A model generated the notes under the pieces. It worked only from the letters and a program-made list of their open reading frames with translations. It ran no database searches and was not told where the DNA came from. From the NCBI GenBank assembly GCA_944373095.1, contig CALWAK010000003.1, positions 1-48,094 on the forward strand: a DNA stretch of 48,094 nucleotides. Reading direction: 5' to 3'. Origin of the DNA: an uncultured Bacilli bacterium. GTDB taxonomy: Bacteria > Bacillota_I > Bacilli_A > RF39 > UBA660. Positions within the stretch are counted from its first letter, which is position 1, and each line of letters opens with the position of its first letter. The translations under genes and the position numbers were made by a program. Positions 20,115 to 29,497 of this stretch are shown one piece after another.

Positions 20115-20547
20115 TGATTTAATATTTATAAATAATAGTTATCTAATAAATTTAAAACCTAAAAAATATTTTTTGCCAATCTTAACTATTATGTTAATTA
20201 TAATATTAGTAGTATTTTCTATTATTAAAGAAAGTTACGATGTAAAAAAATATATTGGATATGTTACTTGCAATGATTTATGTGAAATAGATATTAGTTT
20301 AAGTTTAGATGAAGTTAGTAAAATAAAGGATGCTAGATACTTAAAAATAGATAATAATAATTTAAATATTAAAGAAATAGAAATTAGTGATGTTTTAGTT
20401 GATAAAAATAATAATTTAAATTATCAAATTATTTCTTATAAAGTAGAAAATATTAATATTGAGTCATTATTTTATGAAGTAAAAGTTTATTATAATAAAG
20501 AAATAATTTTAAAAAAGATATTTAATATACTAATGGGAAGTGAATAA
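20107..20547 (+). CDS. Probable secretion accessory protein (single N-terminal TM)
   Basis: Overlaps the transporter stop; one hydrophobic helix; sits where a ComB/LcnD-type accessory gene would be but is much shorter. Confidence 0.6.
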   Translation: MYDDLIFINNSYLINLKPKKYFLPILTIMLIIILVVFSIIKESYDVKKYIGYVTCNDLCEIDISLSLDEVSKIKDARYLKIDNNNLNIKEIEISDVLVDKNNNLNYQIISYKVENINIESLFYEVKVYYNKEIILKKIFNILMGSE

Positions 20548-20549
20548 TT

Positions 20550-20690
20550 ATGAATTATTTGAGTGATACAAAGTTAAAAAATATTACTGGTGGTGGTATT
20601 AGTATTGGATTAGTTGTAGTATTAATAGGAATTGGCGCTTTTATTATTGGCTTTATTGATGGCTTAAAAAGACCATATAGTTGTAGATAG
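20550..20690 (+). CDS. Double-glycine leader peptide 1 (class IIb bacteriocin-like, 46 aa)
   Basis: Manual translation MNYLSDTKLKNITGG|GISIGLVVVLIGIGAFIIGFIDGLKRPYSCR; LS..L..I.GG leader; GxxxG motifs. Confidence 0.88.
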   Translation: MNYLSDTKLKNITGGGISIGLVVVLIGIGAFIIGFIDGLKRPYSCR

Positions 20691-20699
20691 GAGAATAAA

Positions 20700-20858
20700 A
20701 TGTTAAGTGATAGAGAATTATATAATGTAATTGGTGGTGCAACTGTTTTTAGTGCAACATTAGTAAACGCAGTAGCAAGATTAATAGATACAGTTATGGA
20801 AGCAGGAAGGCTATTAGGTACTGCTGTTCATATGTTTATTTACGGAAAGAGTTGTTGA
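20700..20858 (+). CDS. Double-glycine leader peptide 2 (class IIb bacteriocin-like, 52 aa)
   Basis: Manual translation MLSDRELYNVIGG|ATVFSATLVNAVARLIDTVMEAGRLLGTAVHMFIYGKSC; RBS AGGAG. Confidence 0.88.
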   Translation: MLSDRELYNVIGGATVFSATLVNAVARLIDTVMEAGRLLGTAVHMFIYGKSC

Positions 20859-20860
20859 AT

Positions 20861-20980
20861 ATGGTAAGTAGTGTAAAAAAAGTTGGATATTTTATTGGCT
20901 TATGGTTAGTTTTAACATCAGTTATTTATTTAATGTTAAATTTAGGAATACAAATTGGAACATATCTTGCTTGTTTATAA
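20861..20980 (+). CDS. Small hydrophobic peptide (39 aa), candidate immunity protein
   Basis: MVSSVKKVGYFIGLWLVLTSVIYLMLNLGIQIGTYLACL; fills the gap exactly between peptide 2 and the terminator. Confidence 0.55.
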   Translation: MVSSVKKVGYFIGLWLVLTSVIYLMLNLGIQIGTYLACL

Positions 20981-21006
20981 AGAAATCTTTTTAGGTTTCT
21001 TTTTTA
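20979..21006 (+). terminator. Terminator closing the peptide locus
   Basis: AAGAAATCT-TTTT-AGGTTTCTT followed by a T run. Confidence 0.7.
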
Positions 21007-21065
21007 TATAATTTACAATATTTTTTACCCATGATATAATTTTTTTAGTAAAGGTAGATGTAAAT

Positions 21066-22861
21066 ACGAATAAAAAAGGGTTTGTTTCCTCTTCATTAAT
21101 TTATTCTTTTATTATGGTTTTTATAGTTTTAGTAGCAGCAATAATAGGAACTTATGCATATTGTCAAGGTTTAATTTTTAGTAGTAATAGAGAAATTATG
21201 AATTCTTTAAATGATCGAATTGAAGTACAATATGTAAAATTAACTAATTATTTAGAAAATAGTGGTTTTGAATACCCTATAAATCCTGGTTCAGCAACTT
21301 ATAATATTGAAAAGTTAGCCGAAATACATTATGATAGTTCAAAAGGTTATAAATTAGACTCAACTATGGATGCATGGACAAATGATAATAATTATTCATA
21401 TCGTTATATAAAAAGTACAAGATATTCTGGGGATTATGCATTAATGTTAGATATTTATATATAGGAATTGATGGCCAAGGTGCTGATAATTTTAATATGG
21501 TGGCGGCGGTGCTATAATAACTCTTAATGACGGAAAAATGGTGGTTCAGGTGGTGGCTATTACGGAGGTAGGGTAAGTTCTACTAAAATTGGAACAGGTG
21601 GCTCTGGATATATAAATAATTCTAAATTATTTGATAAAACGATGTATTGCTACCATTGTGAGATTTCAAGTGATATAGGAACTAATACTTTATCTACTAA
21701 CAGCATTTATCATATATCGGATGGAGAATTTAAACCTCTTGTTTCATCATCAAAAAAGGGAAAAAGGTTATGTTAAAATTACTAAAATCGATAATTCTTT
21801 AGAAAATTATAAGGTGGCATGCAAATAAAAGAAACTGATACAGTTACCTTAACAGAATTACAAACTATTTATGCACATTGGACTTTAGGAGAATACGTAG
21901 TTACTTTTGGGGTTCGGTTCAATGGTGTGGATATTACCCAAACTAATAAAACCGTAACATCTACTAATAATTATGGAGATTTACCAACACCTACAAGAGC
22001 TAGTTATACTTTCGTTGCATGGTATATAGATGCAAATAGTGAAACTAAAATAACGTCTATTTCAGTAGTTACTATTGGAAAAAATCATACATTGTATGCT
22101 CATTGGAAGGCTAATGAACATACAATAACCTTAGATTCAAATGGAGGGAATTTAAGCAACACTAGCATTTCTCTTTTATATGACAGTAACTATGTTATTT
22201 TACCTACACCAACAAAAGATTAGTATAATTTTATTGGATGATATACAAGTAAAGATGGTGAAACATTAATAACTTCTAATTCTATTTATAAAACAGTAGG
22301 TAATCAAACATTATATGTTCATTGGTCAAATAGAAAATGTAATTTTAAATAAATATTGATTCTCATATTAATACTTTTAATGTTAAAGTATGAATAGATG
22401 CAACGATAAATAATCAAACGCTTTATAATCAATCTATACTATATCATACTGAATTTATGATATCAAATATAACTAATAAGACAGGATACCACTATTAAGA
22501 ATATACAAAAAATTGCTCAGTAGAAGAAATAGCAAGTGGTGATAGTACGACTTTAAAAATACGTACATCCGAAGAAAATGCATCTATTACATTAAACAGT
22601 GCTCCAAATATGTTTACTATAAAATTTAATGCAGGAACGGGTAACGGAAGTATGGCAGTTCAAACTTGTTCATATGATCAAAATTGTGTTCTTTCTTGTA
22701 ATTCATTTTATAAGAGTGGTTATACTTTTAGTTATTGGTTAGAAAGTAATGGTAAGACTTATATCAATAAACAAAATGTAAAAAATATATTATTTGAAAA
22801 TGGTTCAAGTATAACATTAACTGCTAGATGGAAATTTGGTATTTTTTATGAACCTTATTAA
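21066..22861 (+). pseudogene. Decayed large surface protein: prepilin-like N-terminus, glycine-rich domain, InlB B-like repeats
   Basis: ACG at 21066 in frame with ORF 21114 gives (T)NKKG|FVSSSLIYSFIMVFIVL. Broken fragments GGSGGGYYGG, GGSGYINN..MYCYHC, YGDLPTPTR.YTF..WY..TLYAHW, GYTFSYW..TLTARW lie in several frames with stops. Confidence 0.8.
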
Positions 22862-22929
22862 AAAATTGCTTTATAAATTAAATTATTAAAAATAAAATTT
22901 TTCTTTTTTTCTGTAAATTATGATTTTTC

Positions 22930-22959
22930 TTGTCAAATAAAAAATAACTATGTTATAAT
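22930..22959 (+). promoter_or_regulatory. Sigma-A promoter of rpsU
   Basis: TTGTCA-18 bp-TATAAT with TG extension. Confidence 0.7.
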
Positions 22960-22986
22960 CTAGTTGTTGGTGAAGGGAGGGAATGT

Positions 22987-23169
22987 ATGACAAAAGTAGT
23001 GGTAAATGGCAATTTAGAAAGCGCAATGAAGAAATTTAAAGTAAAAGTTGCTAAAAGTGGTGTCCCTGCCGAATTACGTAAAAGAAAACATTATGAAAAA
23101 CCAGGCGTAAGAAGAAGAGAAGCTAAAAAAGAAATGATTCGTAATGCTAGGAAACATCATAAAGACTAG
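22987..23169 (+). CDS. rpsU: 30S ribosomal protein S21
   Basis: LESAMKKFK..V.KSG...ELRKRKHYEKPGVRRR. Confidence 0.96.
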   Translation: MTKVVVNGNLESAMKKFKVKVAKSGVPAELRKRKHYEKPGVRRREAKKEMIRNARKHHKD

Positions 23170-23178
23170 GAGTATTTT

Positions 23179-23619
23179 ATGTTAGAAAAAAATATTCAAA
23201 GTGATTTACTTATTGCAATGAAAAATCATGATAAGTTTCAAGTTTCAGTTTTACGTATGTTAAAAAGCGTGTTACAAAATGAAACTATAAATTTAAAACA
23301 TGAATTATCTGATGAAGAAATTATTTTAACAATAAAAAAGCAGATAAAGTTAAAGAAAGATAATATAAATTTATATCATGAAAATAATAGAGAAGATTTG
23401 GCATTAGAACTTGAAAAAGAAGTTTTAGTATTATCTAAGTATGTGCCTCGTGAATTATCTCTTGATGAAATAACTAATAATATATTAGAAATACTAAAAA
23501 ATTATAAAACCCCAACTATTAAAGATATGGGACAAATTATGGCTGAGGCAAAAAAGATGATGGGTACTACTGCCGATATGAGTGTAGTAAGTAAAATTAT
23601 TAAAGAACATTTATCTTAA
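23179..23619 (+). CDS. yqeY: GatB/YqeY domain protein
   Basis: AMK...LRMLKS, KDMGQIM, G.AD; follows rpsU. Confidence 0.93.
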   Translation: MLEKNIQSDLLIAMKNHDKFQVSVLRMLKSVLQNETINLKHELSDEEIILTIKKQIKLKKDNINLYHENNREDLALELEKEVLVLSKYVPRELSLDEITNNILEILKNYKTPTIKDMGQIMAEAKKMMGTTADMSVVSKIIKEHLS

Positions 23620-23668
23620 AAGGAGTCTATTAAGACTTCTTTTTTCATATTATTTTTTAGGTGGTAAT

Positions 23669-23911
23669 ATGCATATTTGGAATAATATAAAAGATTTTTT
23701 ATATGACCAAAATAATTTTATGGCTATGTATAACAAAACCATATATATTTATAATTTTAATAGATTGGTTACATTAAATTCTAAAAATATAATTGTAATA
23801 ATTAATAACCAAGAAGTAAAGATAACGGGTGATGATTTAAAAGTCTTAAAATGTAGTAATAATGAAATTATTGTTCAGGGAAATTTAAAGGAGATAAAAT
23901 ATTTTGAATAA
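23669..23911 (+). CDS. yqfC: YabP/YqfC-family sporulation protein
   Basis: 80-aa beta-rich protein (ITGDDL...EIIVQG) directly upstream of yqfD. Confidence 0.8.
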   Translation: MHIWNNIKDFLYDQNNFMAMYNKTIYIYNFNRLVTLNSKNIIVIINNQEVKITGDDLKVLKCSNNEIIVQGNLKEIKYFE

Positions 23912-25010
23912 CTATATTGATGTTAGTATTAAAGTATGTACTAAAAGTAATTTTTATAGAAGATTAGTTGATAAAAACATTGATATAAGAGTTATAGAGG
24001 AAACTAGTAATACAATAAGATGTTATGTTAGACCTAATGATTTAAAAAAGTTAAATAAGTTTTATGATATAAAAATTAATAAGGCTTTTAATATAAATAC
24101 TATTAAAAACTATTTTAAAAATAATATTTTAAAATATATGTGTATTATATTTGGAATATTTTTGTATGGCATTTTTACTAATACAATTGTTGATGTAAGA
24201 ATTAATTCCAATAATAATGAGTTAGTTGATAAATTAAATAAAAGCTTGGATAAATATGGTATAAAAAGATTTACATTCAAAAAAAATTTTGATGATATAA
24301 ATAAAATTAAAAATGAATTAATGATTGAATATAAGGATTATATTGAATGGTTAGAGATTAAACTAGATGGTATGAAATATATTGTTAATTTAGAAGAAAG
24401 AGTTAGTAATGAAATAAAAGAAGAAAAAGAATACTGCAATGTTTATGCCACTACAGATGCAATAGTAACTAAAGTTTTTGCTGAAAAAGGAACTTCTTTA
24501 ATAAATGAATTTAGCTATGTTAGAGAAGGAGATATTTTAATTAGTGGGGATATTAAATTAAATGAAGAGGTTAAATCAAGTGTATGTGCTAGTGGTGTAG
24601 TTTATGGTGAAGTTTGGTATCAACTAAGTATTTCAATACCTAAGACTTATGAAGAAGAATTTGAAACCGGAAAATATAGATATAATTTAGCAATTGAATC
24701 AGGTAATAAAGATTATATTATTTTTAAAAGTAGATTGGATAAAAAAATTGAAGAAAAACAAGAAATATTAAGTTTATTAGGAAAAAAACTTTATATAATA
24801 AAAGAAAAGGAAATTGGTATTGTTACAAAAAATTATACAGAAGAAGAGCTAAAGAAAAAAGTGGATGAAATAATTGCTAATAATTTAAAATTAAATATTG
24901 AAAATGGTGAAAAAGTTTTATACAAAAAAGTTTTGAAAAAGTATGAATTTGATAGTAAAATAGATTTAGAGGTATTTGTTACAGTTGAAAAAATAATTAG
25001 TAGCAATTAA
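23904..25010 (+). CDS. yqfD: Sporulation protein YqfD
   Basis: TM helix, IEW..I...G, NVYA..DAIV, V.EGDILISG, G.VYGEVWY. Confidence 0.9.
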   Translation: MNNYIDVSIKVCTKSNFYRRLVDKNIDIRVIEETSNTIRCYVRPNDLKKLNKFYDIKINKAFNINTIKNYFKNNILKYMCIIFGIFLYGIFTNTIVDVRINSNNNELVDKLNKSLDKYGIKRFTFKKNFDDINKIKNELMIEYKDYIEWLEIKLDGMKYIVNLEERVSNEIKEEKEYCNVYATTDAIVTKVFAEKGTSLINEFSYVREGDILISGDIKLNEEVKSSVCASGVVYGEVWYQLSISIPKTYEEEFETGKYRYNLAIESGNKDYIIFKSRLDKKIEEKQEILSLLGKKLYIIKEKEIGIVTKNYTEEELKKKVDEIIANNLKLNIENGEKVLYKKVLKKYEFDSKIDLEVFVTVEKIISSN

Positions 25011-25026
25011 TAAAAAGGTGGTTATT

Positions 25027-25644
25027 ATGTTTGAAAAGACTTTAAGTAGGGCTATTATAAATGCGTTACCAATGCTTATAATATTTATAGTAGTTATATC
25101 AGTTGTTAGAATATGTAGTATAAGAAATGGTAATAAAAAAATAATCTTACATAATGAAATCTTAAATCTATTTTTTATTATATATGTTTTATTATTATTT
25201 GAACTATTAACTGGCACAGAAAATACGTTAGGTAGTGGATTTAATATTATTCCTTTTCAAGAAATATTTCGATATGAAATAGGAAGTAAAATGTTTATAT
25301 ATAATGTCTTAGGGAATATATTAATTTTTCTTCCTTTCGGTTATTTTGTATCACGCTATGTTAAAGCAAATAGTATTTTGCAAATAATTGTTTTAAGTGC
25401 AATTACTAGTGCAACCGTTGAAACAGTTCAATTAAATATAGGTCGTTCTTTTGATATAGATGATATATTTTTAAATGTAATTGGTGGTATTTTAGGTTAT
25501 TTTATTTTTATAGGGTTAGATGCAATTATAAAACACTTACCTGGATTTTTACAAAAAGACTTTTTTTATAGTTTTGTTTGTATTATAATATTTATTGCAT
25601 TTTTGATTTATGTATCAAAGATATGTGGGTTTGGGTGGATATAG
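25027..25644 (+). CDS. VanZ-family membrane protein
   Basis: NIIPF, GNILIFLPFG, E..Q..GRSFDIDDIFLNVIG. Confidence 0.92.
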   Translation: MFEKTLSRAIINALPMLIIFIVVISVVRICSIRNGNKKIILHNEILNLFFIIYVLLLFELLTGTENTLGSGFNIIPFQEIFRYEIGSKMFIYNVLGNILIFLPFGYFVSRYVKANSILQIIVLSAITSATVETVQLNIGRSFDIDDIFLNVIGGILGYFIFIGLDAIIKHLPGFLQKDFFYSFVCIIIFIAFLIYVSKICGFGWI

Positions 25645-26081
25645 TGAATAATTTTGAAATAGTAGATAATAATTTATATAATGATTATGATTATTTAAAT
25701 GATGTTATTAATAGAACTTTAAAAGAATTAAAAGTTAAAAATGCAATATTTTCTATAATCTTTGTAAGTCTAGATGAAATACATGAATTAAATAAACAAT
25801 ATCGTGGTATAGATAGACCAACAGATGTTATTTCTTTTGCATTAGAAGACGATGCCGATAAAATTATGGATTTTCGTGTTTTAGGAGATATTTATATTTG
25901 CATAGATAAAATGCAAGAACAAGCTCTTAGTTATGGACATTCTAATAAAAGAGAATTATCTTTTTTAACGGTCCATGGGTTATTACATTTATTAGGTTAT
26001 GATCATCAAACTAAAGAAGAAGAAGAATTAATGTTTGGATTACAAGAAAAAATATTAAAAGAAGAAAATATATGTAGGTGA
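25644..26081 (+). CDS. ybeY: rRNA maturation RNase YbeY
   Basis: YRGIDRPTDVISF, LGDIYI, HGLLHLLGYDH; probable GTG start at 25644. Confidence 0.96.
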   Translation: MNNFEIVDNNLYNDYDYLNDVINRTLKELKVKNAIFSIIFVSLDEIHELNKQYRGIDRPTDVISFALEDDADKIMDFRVLGDIYICIDKMQEQALSYGHSNKRELSFLTVHGLLHLLGYDHQTKEEEELMFGLQEKILKEENICR

Positions 26082-26965
26082 ATGTAGTGAAAAGTGGTTT
26101 TGTAAGTATTATTGGGAGACCAAATGTTGGAAAGAGTAGTATTTTAAATAAAATTATTAAAAATCATGTTGCAATTGTATCTAAAAGACCTGGGACAACA
26201 AGAAATATTATTGAAGGAATTTATAATGATTCTAATACCCAAATAGTCTTTGTTGATACTCCAGGAATTAGTAAACCAATAAATAGATTAGGTCATGCTT
26301 TAAATAAAGAAGCAGGTAGTTTAACTAAAGATGTTGATGCAATATGTTTTGTAGTAGATGGTATAGCTGGTTTAGGTAAAGGGGATAAATATATTTTAAA
26401 TACTTTAAATAAAGATATTCCTGTCATCTTAGTTATTAATAAAATAGACGGATTAACTAAAGAAAAATTATTTAATCGGATTAATTCTTATAAAGAATTA
26501 TATGATTTTAGTGATATTGTACCCGTTAGTGCTATAAAAGAAGATAATATAGATACTTTAATTAATGTTATAAAAAAATATTTAACGGATGATATTAAAT
26601 ATTTTGATGATAATACTATTACTACTAGTTCTAAATATTTTATGATTAGTGAATTTGTTAGAGAAAAATTATTTAATTATTTAGAAGAAGAAATACCACA
26701 TGGTATTACATGTTTAACTACTAATTATGAGGATACTAAAGATATAGTTAATATAAGTGTAGATATTATAATAAATCGTAAATCTTTAAAAAAGATTATT
26801 ATTGGTAAAAATGGTAGTATGTTAAAAAAAGTTGGAACTGAAGCTCGTAAAGATATTGAAGAATTATTAAATAAAAAAGTATATTTAGATTTATATGTTA
26901 AGACAGTAGAAGACTGGCATAATAAAGACGCTTTTTTAAAAAATTCTATATTAAATAATGAATAA
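26078..26965 (+). CDS. era: GTPase Era
   Basis: GRPNVGKS, DTPG, NKID, KH domain IIGKNG. Confidence 0.98.
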   Translation: MNVVKSGFVSIIGRPNVGKSSILNKIIKNHVAIVSKRPGTTRNIIEGIYNDSNTQIVFVDTPGISKPINRLGHALNKEAGSLTKDVDAICFVVDGIAGLGKGDKYILNTLNKDIPVILVINKIDGLTKEKLFNRINSYKELYDFSDIVPVSAIKEDNIDTLINVIKKYLTDDIKYFDDNTITTSSKYFMISEFVREKLFNYLEEEIPHGITCLTTNYEDTKDIVNISVDIIINRKSLKKIIIGKNGSMLKKVGTEARKDIEELLNKKVYLDLYVKTVEDWHNKDAFLKNSILNNE

Positions 26966-27004
26966 ATTTTCTAATATTTACTCAATATAAAATTGGGTGA
27001 TATT

Positions 27005-27088
27005 ATGAATAAAAAGGAAGCTTGGGATAAGTTTAAAAATAGTGGTAAGGTAGAAGATTATTTAAATTATAAAAAAGTAAAGAAGTAG
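27005..27088 (+). CDS. yqzL: YqzL-like small protein (27 aa)
   Basis: MNKKEAWDKFKNSGKVEDYLNYKKVKK matches the W..F..(T/S)G....YL.YK pattern; era-yqzL-recO synteny; RBS GGGTGA. Confidence 0.75.
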   Translation: MNKKEAWDKFKNSGKVEDYLNYKKVKK

Positions 27089-27093
27089 ATGTT

Positions 27094-27828
27094 ATGAATT
27101 TAGAAGTAGATGGTATTATTCTTTATGAAACTCCTTTTAAAGAAAATTCTAAAATTATTCAAGTATTAACATTAAAATATGGCTTAATTGGAATAATTTG
27201 TAAAGGTGTATTAAGCCCTAAAAGTAAATTAAGAGCAAAAGTAAATAAGTTTAGTTTAGTTAGATTTAATATTATCTATAAAGAAAATAAACTATCTACT
27301 TTAATAAATGCTGATATTATAGATAATTATACATATTTAAAAAGTGATATAGTTTTAATTAGTTATTTAACTTATTTATGTGAATTAACTTATCAAGTAT
27401 TTAAAGAAAGTAATAATAATAAATTATATGATATTTTAATTACTTCTTTAAATAAAATTAGTAATAAGTTAGATCCATTAGTAATAACTAATATGGTTGA
27501 AATTAAATATTTAGATTCTTTAGGTATTAAATTAGAATTAAATAAATGTATAAAGTGTGGTTCTAATATTAATATATTAACTTTAGATAGCAACTTAGGA
27601 GGATTTATTTGTCAAAATTGTTATAATAGTGAATATATAGTTGATAAAAAAACTTTAGGTACTATTAGAAAGTATTATTACATTGATATTAAAAAAATAG
27701 TAAATATAAATATATCTTTAAAGGTAAAAAAAGAGATTAATATTTTTTTAACTAATTATTATGAAAAATATACTGGTTTATACGTTAAAAGTAAAGTTTT
27801 TTTAAATAAGCTTATAAGTGATAATTAA
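27094..27828 (+). CDS. recO: DNA repair protein RecO
   Basis: GIIL...F.ENSKII..LT..YG, zinc finger CIKCG...GGFICQNC. Confidence 0.95.
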   Translation: MNLEVDGIILYETPFKENSKIIQVLTLKYGLIGIICKGVLSPKSKLRAKVNKFSLVRFNIIYKENKLSTLINADIIDNYTYLKSDIVLISYLTYLCELTYQVFKESNNNKLYDILITSLNKISNKLDPLVITNMVEIKYLDSLGIKLELNKCIKCGSNINILTLDSNLGGFICQNCYNSEYIVDKKTLGTIRKYYYIDIKKIVNINISLKVKKEINIFLTNYYEKYTGLYVKSKVFLNKLISDN

Positions 27829-27893
27829 TCACTTTTTTCTTTGATTTAATTTCTATATCTAGTATAATAACTAATCAAGAAAGAAGGATTATT

Positions 27894-28751
27894 ATGCTTT
27901 TTAGTTTAATTTATTATTTTATATTTGGACTTATTTTGTTTTTCTTAATAGATTATATTAAATTAAAAAATAAAACTTTTAATAGTTTTTTACCTATTAT
28001 ATTAATTTATTTAGTAGTTATTAGTTCTTTAATAACAAATAAAGACATACTTAATAATATATATTTAGTTGTAGTCGTAGAGTTTTTTATTAGATTATTT
28101 TATAACTTAGTTGTATTAACTAATGATAATGATGAAAACTTAAAATTTATTTATGAATATATATTATATATTATATGTAGTTTAATTCTAAACAATATAT
28201 TTATAAATAAAGTAGACAATGTTTTTTTAGAAGGTGAATCTTTAAAAATAGTAGTTTGGATATTAGTTGTATTATATTTGTTTAAGAATATTGATATATT
28301 TAATATTAGTAGTGTTACTGAAGAACATATTTTAGATAATTCTAAGTATAGAGAGTATATTGTTACTAACTATGCTAGATTTAAAAATTTATATAATAAC
28401 GATATAGAAGTAGAGAGCAGTATTTTTAAAAACTTATTATATGCTATGATGATTTATGAAGATAAAAAGAAAAATAAATTCTTAAGAAGTATAGATAATT
28501 TATTTGTAGGTAAGTTTAATAAAGAATATAAAATGGGTATAATGCAAGTACCTTCTAAAGTATATTTAACTGATTTAGAAAGTATAAAAATTGCTATTAA
28601 TAAATTAAATAAAACATATACAAAATATTTTATAAGTGATGATGATATACTTATTAATAAAATGTTAAAAGATTATTATAAAGATGACTTAATTATTAAG
28701 AATGTAACATATATTTATAATGTAATTAAAGAATTTATTGAATTAAAATAA
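27894..28751 (+). CDS. Membrane protein with possible C-terminal lysozyme-like domain
   Basis: About 5 N-terminal hydrophobic helices; soluble domain with AMMIYE...GIMQV. Confidence 0.7.
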   Translation: MLFSLIYYFIFGLILFFLIDYIKLKNKTFNSFLPIILIYLVVISSLITNKDILNNIYLVVVVEFFIRLFYNLVVLTNDNDENLKFIYEYILYIICSLILNNIFINKVDNVFLEGESLKIVVWILVVLYLFKNIDIFNISSVTEEHILDNSKYREYIVTNYARFKNLYNNDIEVESSIFKNLLYAMMIYEDKKKNKFLRSIDNLFVGKFNKEYKMGIMQVPSKVYLTDLESIKIAINKLNKTYTKYFISDDDILINKMLKDYYKDDLIIKNVTYIYNVIKEFIELK

Positions 28752-28801
28752 GTAGTATATTTATTTTAATTATGATAATATTATTATGTTAGGAGCATGT
28801 T

Positions 28802-29497
28802 ATGAGTATTACAATTGCACATTTATATTATGATATATTAAATTTATATGGAGAATCTGGTAATATAAAGATTTTAAAGTATGCTTTAGAAAAGTTAGGT
28901 ATTAAAGTTATTATTAAATTTGTTACCGTTGATGATGAATTAGATTTTAATGATTATGATATGGTATACATGGGAATGGGAATACCTGAGAATTTTGAAA
29001 TAGTAATTAATCATTTATTAAAATATAAAAAAGATATTAAGAAATTTATAAAAGATAAAAAGGTATTTTTATGTACTGGTAATTCTTATGAATTATTTGG
29101 TAAAGAAATAAAATTAGATAAAAATACTATTAAATGTTTAAATATTTATGAATTTACATCTAAATTATTAAGAGAAAGATTAGTTAATGAAGTTAGTGCT
29201 AAAACTAAGTTATTTGATGATGAGGTTATTGGATTTATTAATACTACTACTTTTAATAATAATAAAAAAAATAATTTTTTAAAAATTAAGTTAGATGATA
29301 AATATGTTAATGAAGGGATTATTGATAATAATTTTATTGGAACTTATACTATTGGACCATTACTTGCAAGAAATCCGAAAATATTAGAATGTATTATTAG
29401 AAAACTTATTAAAGATGATAAATTTATTTTAAATGATATTAATTTTTTAGATGAAGCATATGTGGATACTTTAAAACGAAGAGAAAATAAAAAATGA
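28802..29497 (+). CDS. GatD/CobQ-like glutamine amidotransferase homolog (apparently degenerate)
   Basis: IAHLY..ILNLYGESGN and GTY..GPLLARNP motifs of GatD. Confidence 0.85.
   Translation: MSITIAHLYYDILNLYGESGNIKILKYALEKLGIKVIIKFVTVDDELDFNDYDMVYMGMGIPENFEIVINHLLKYKKDIKKFIKDKKVFLCTGNSYELFGKEIKLDKNTIKCLNIYEFTSKLLRERLVNEVSAKTKLFDDEVIGFINTTTFNNNKKNNFLKIKLDDKYVNEGIIDNNFIGTYTIGPLLARNPKILECIIRKLIKDDKFILNDINFLDEAYVDTLKRRENKK

Noticed and set aside
21065-21072. TACGAATA, identical to the streptococcal ComX cin-box
   Set aside because: It coincides with the mutated start codon (ATG to ACG) of the pseudogene, and no second copy was noticed upstream of pilB, pilin or ssb.
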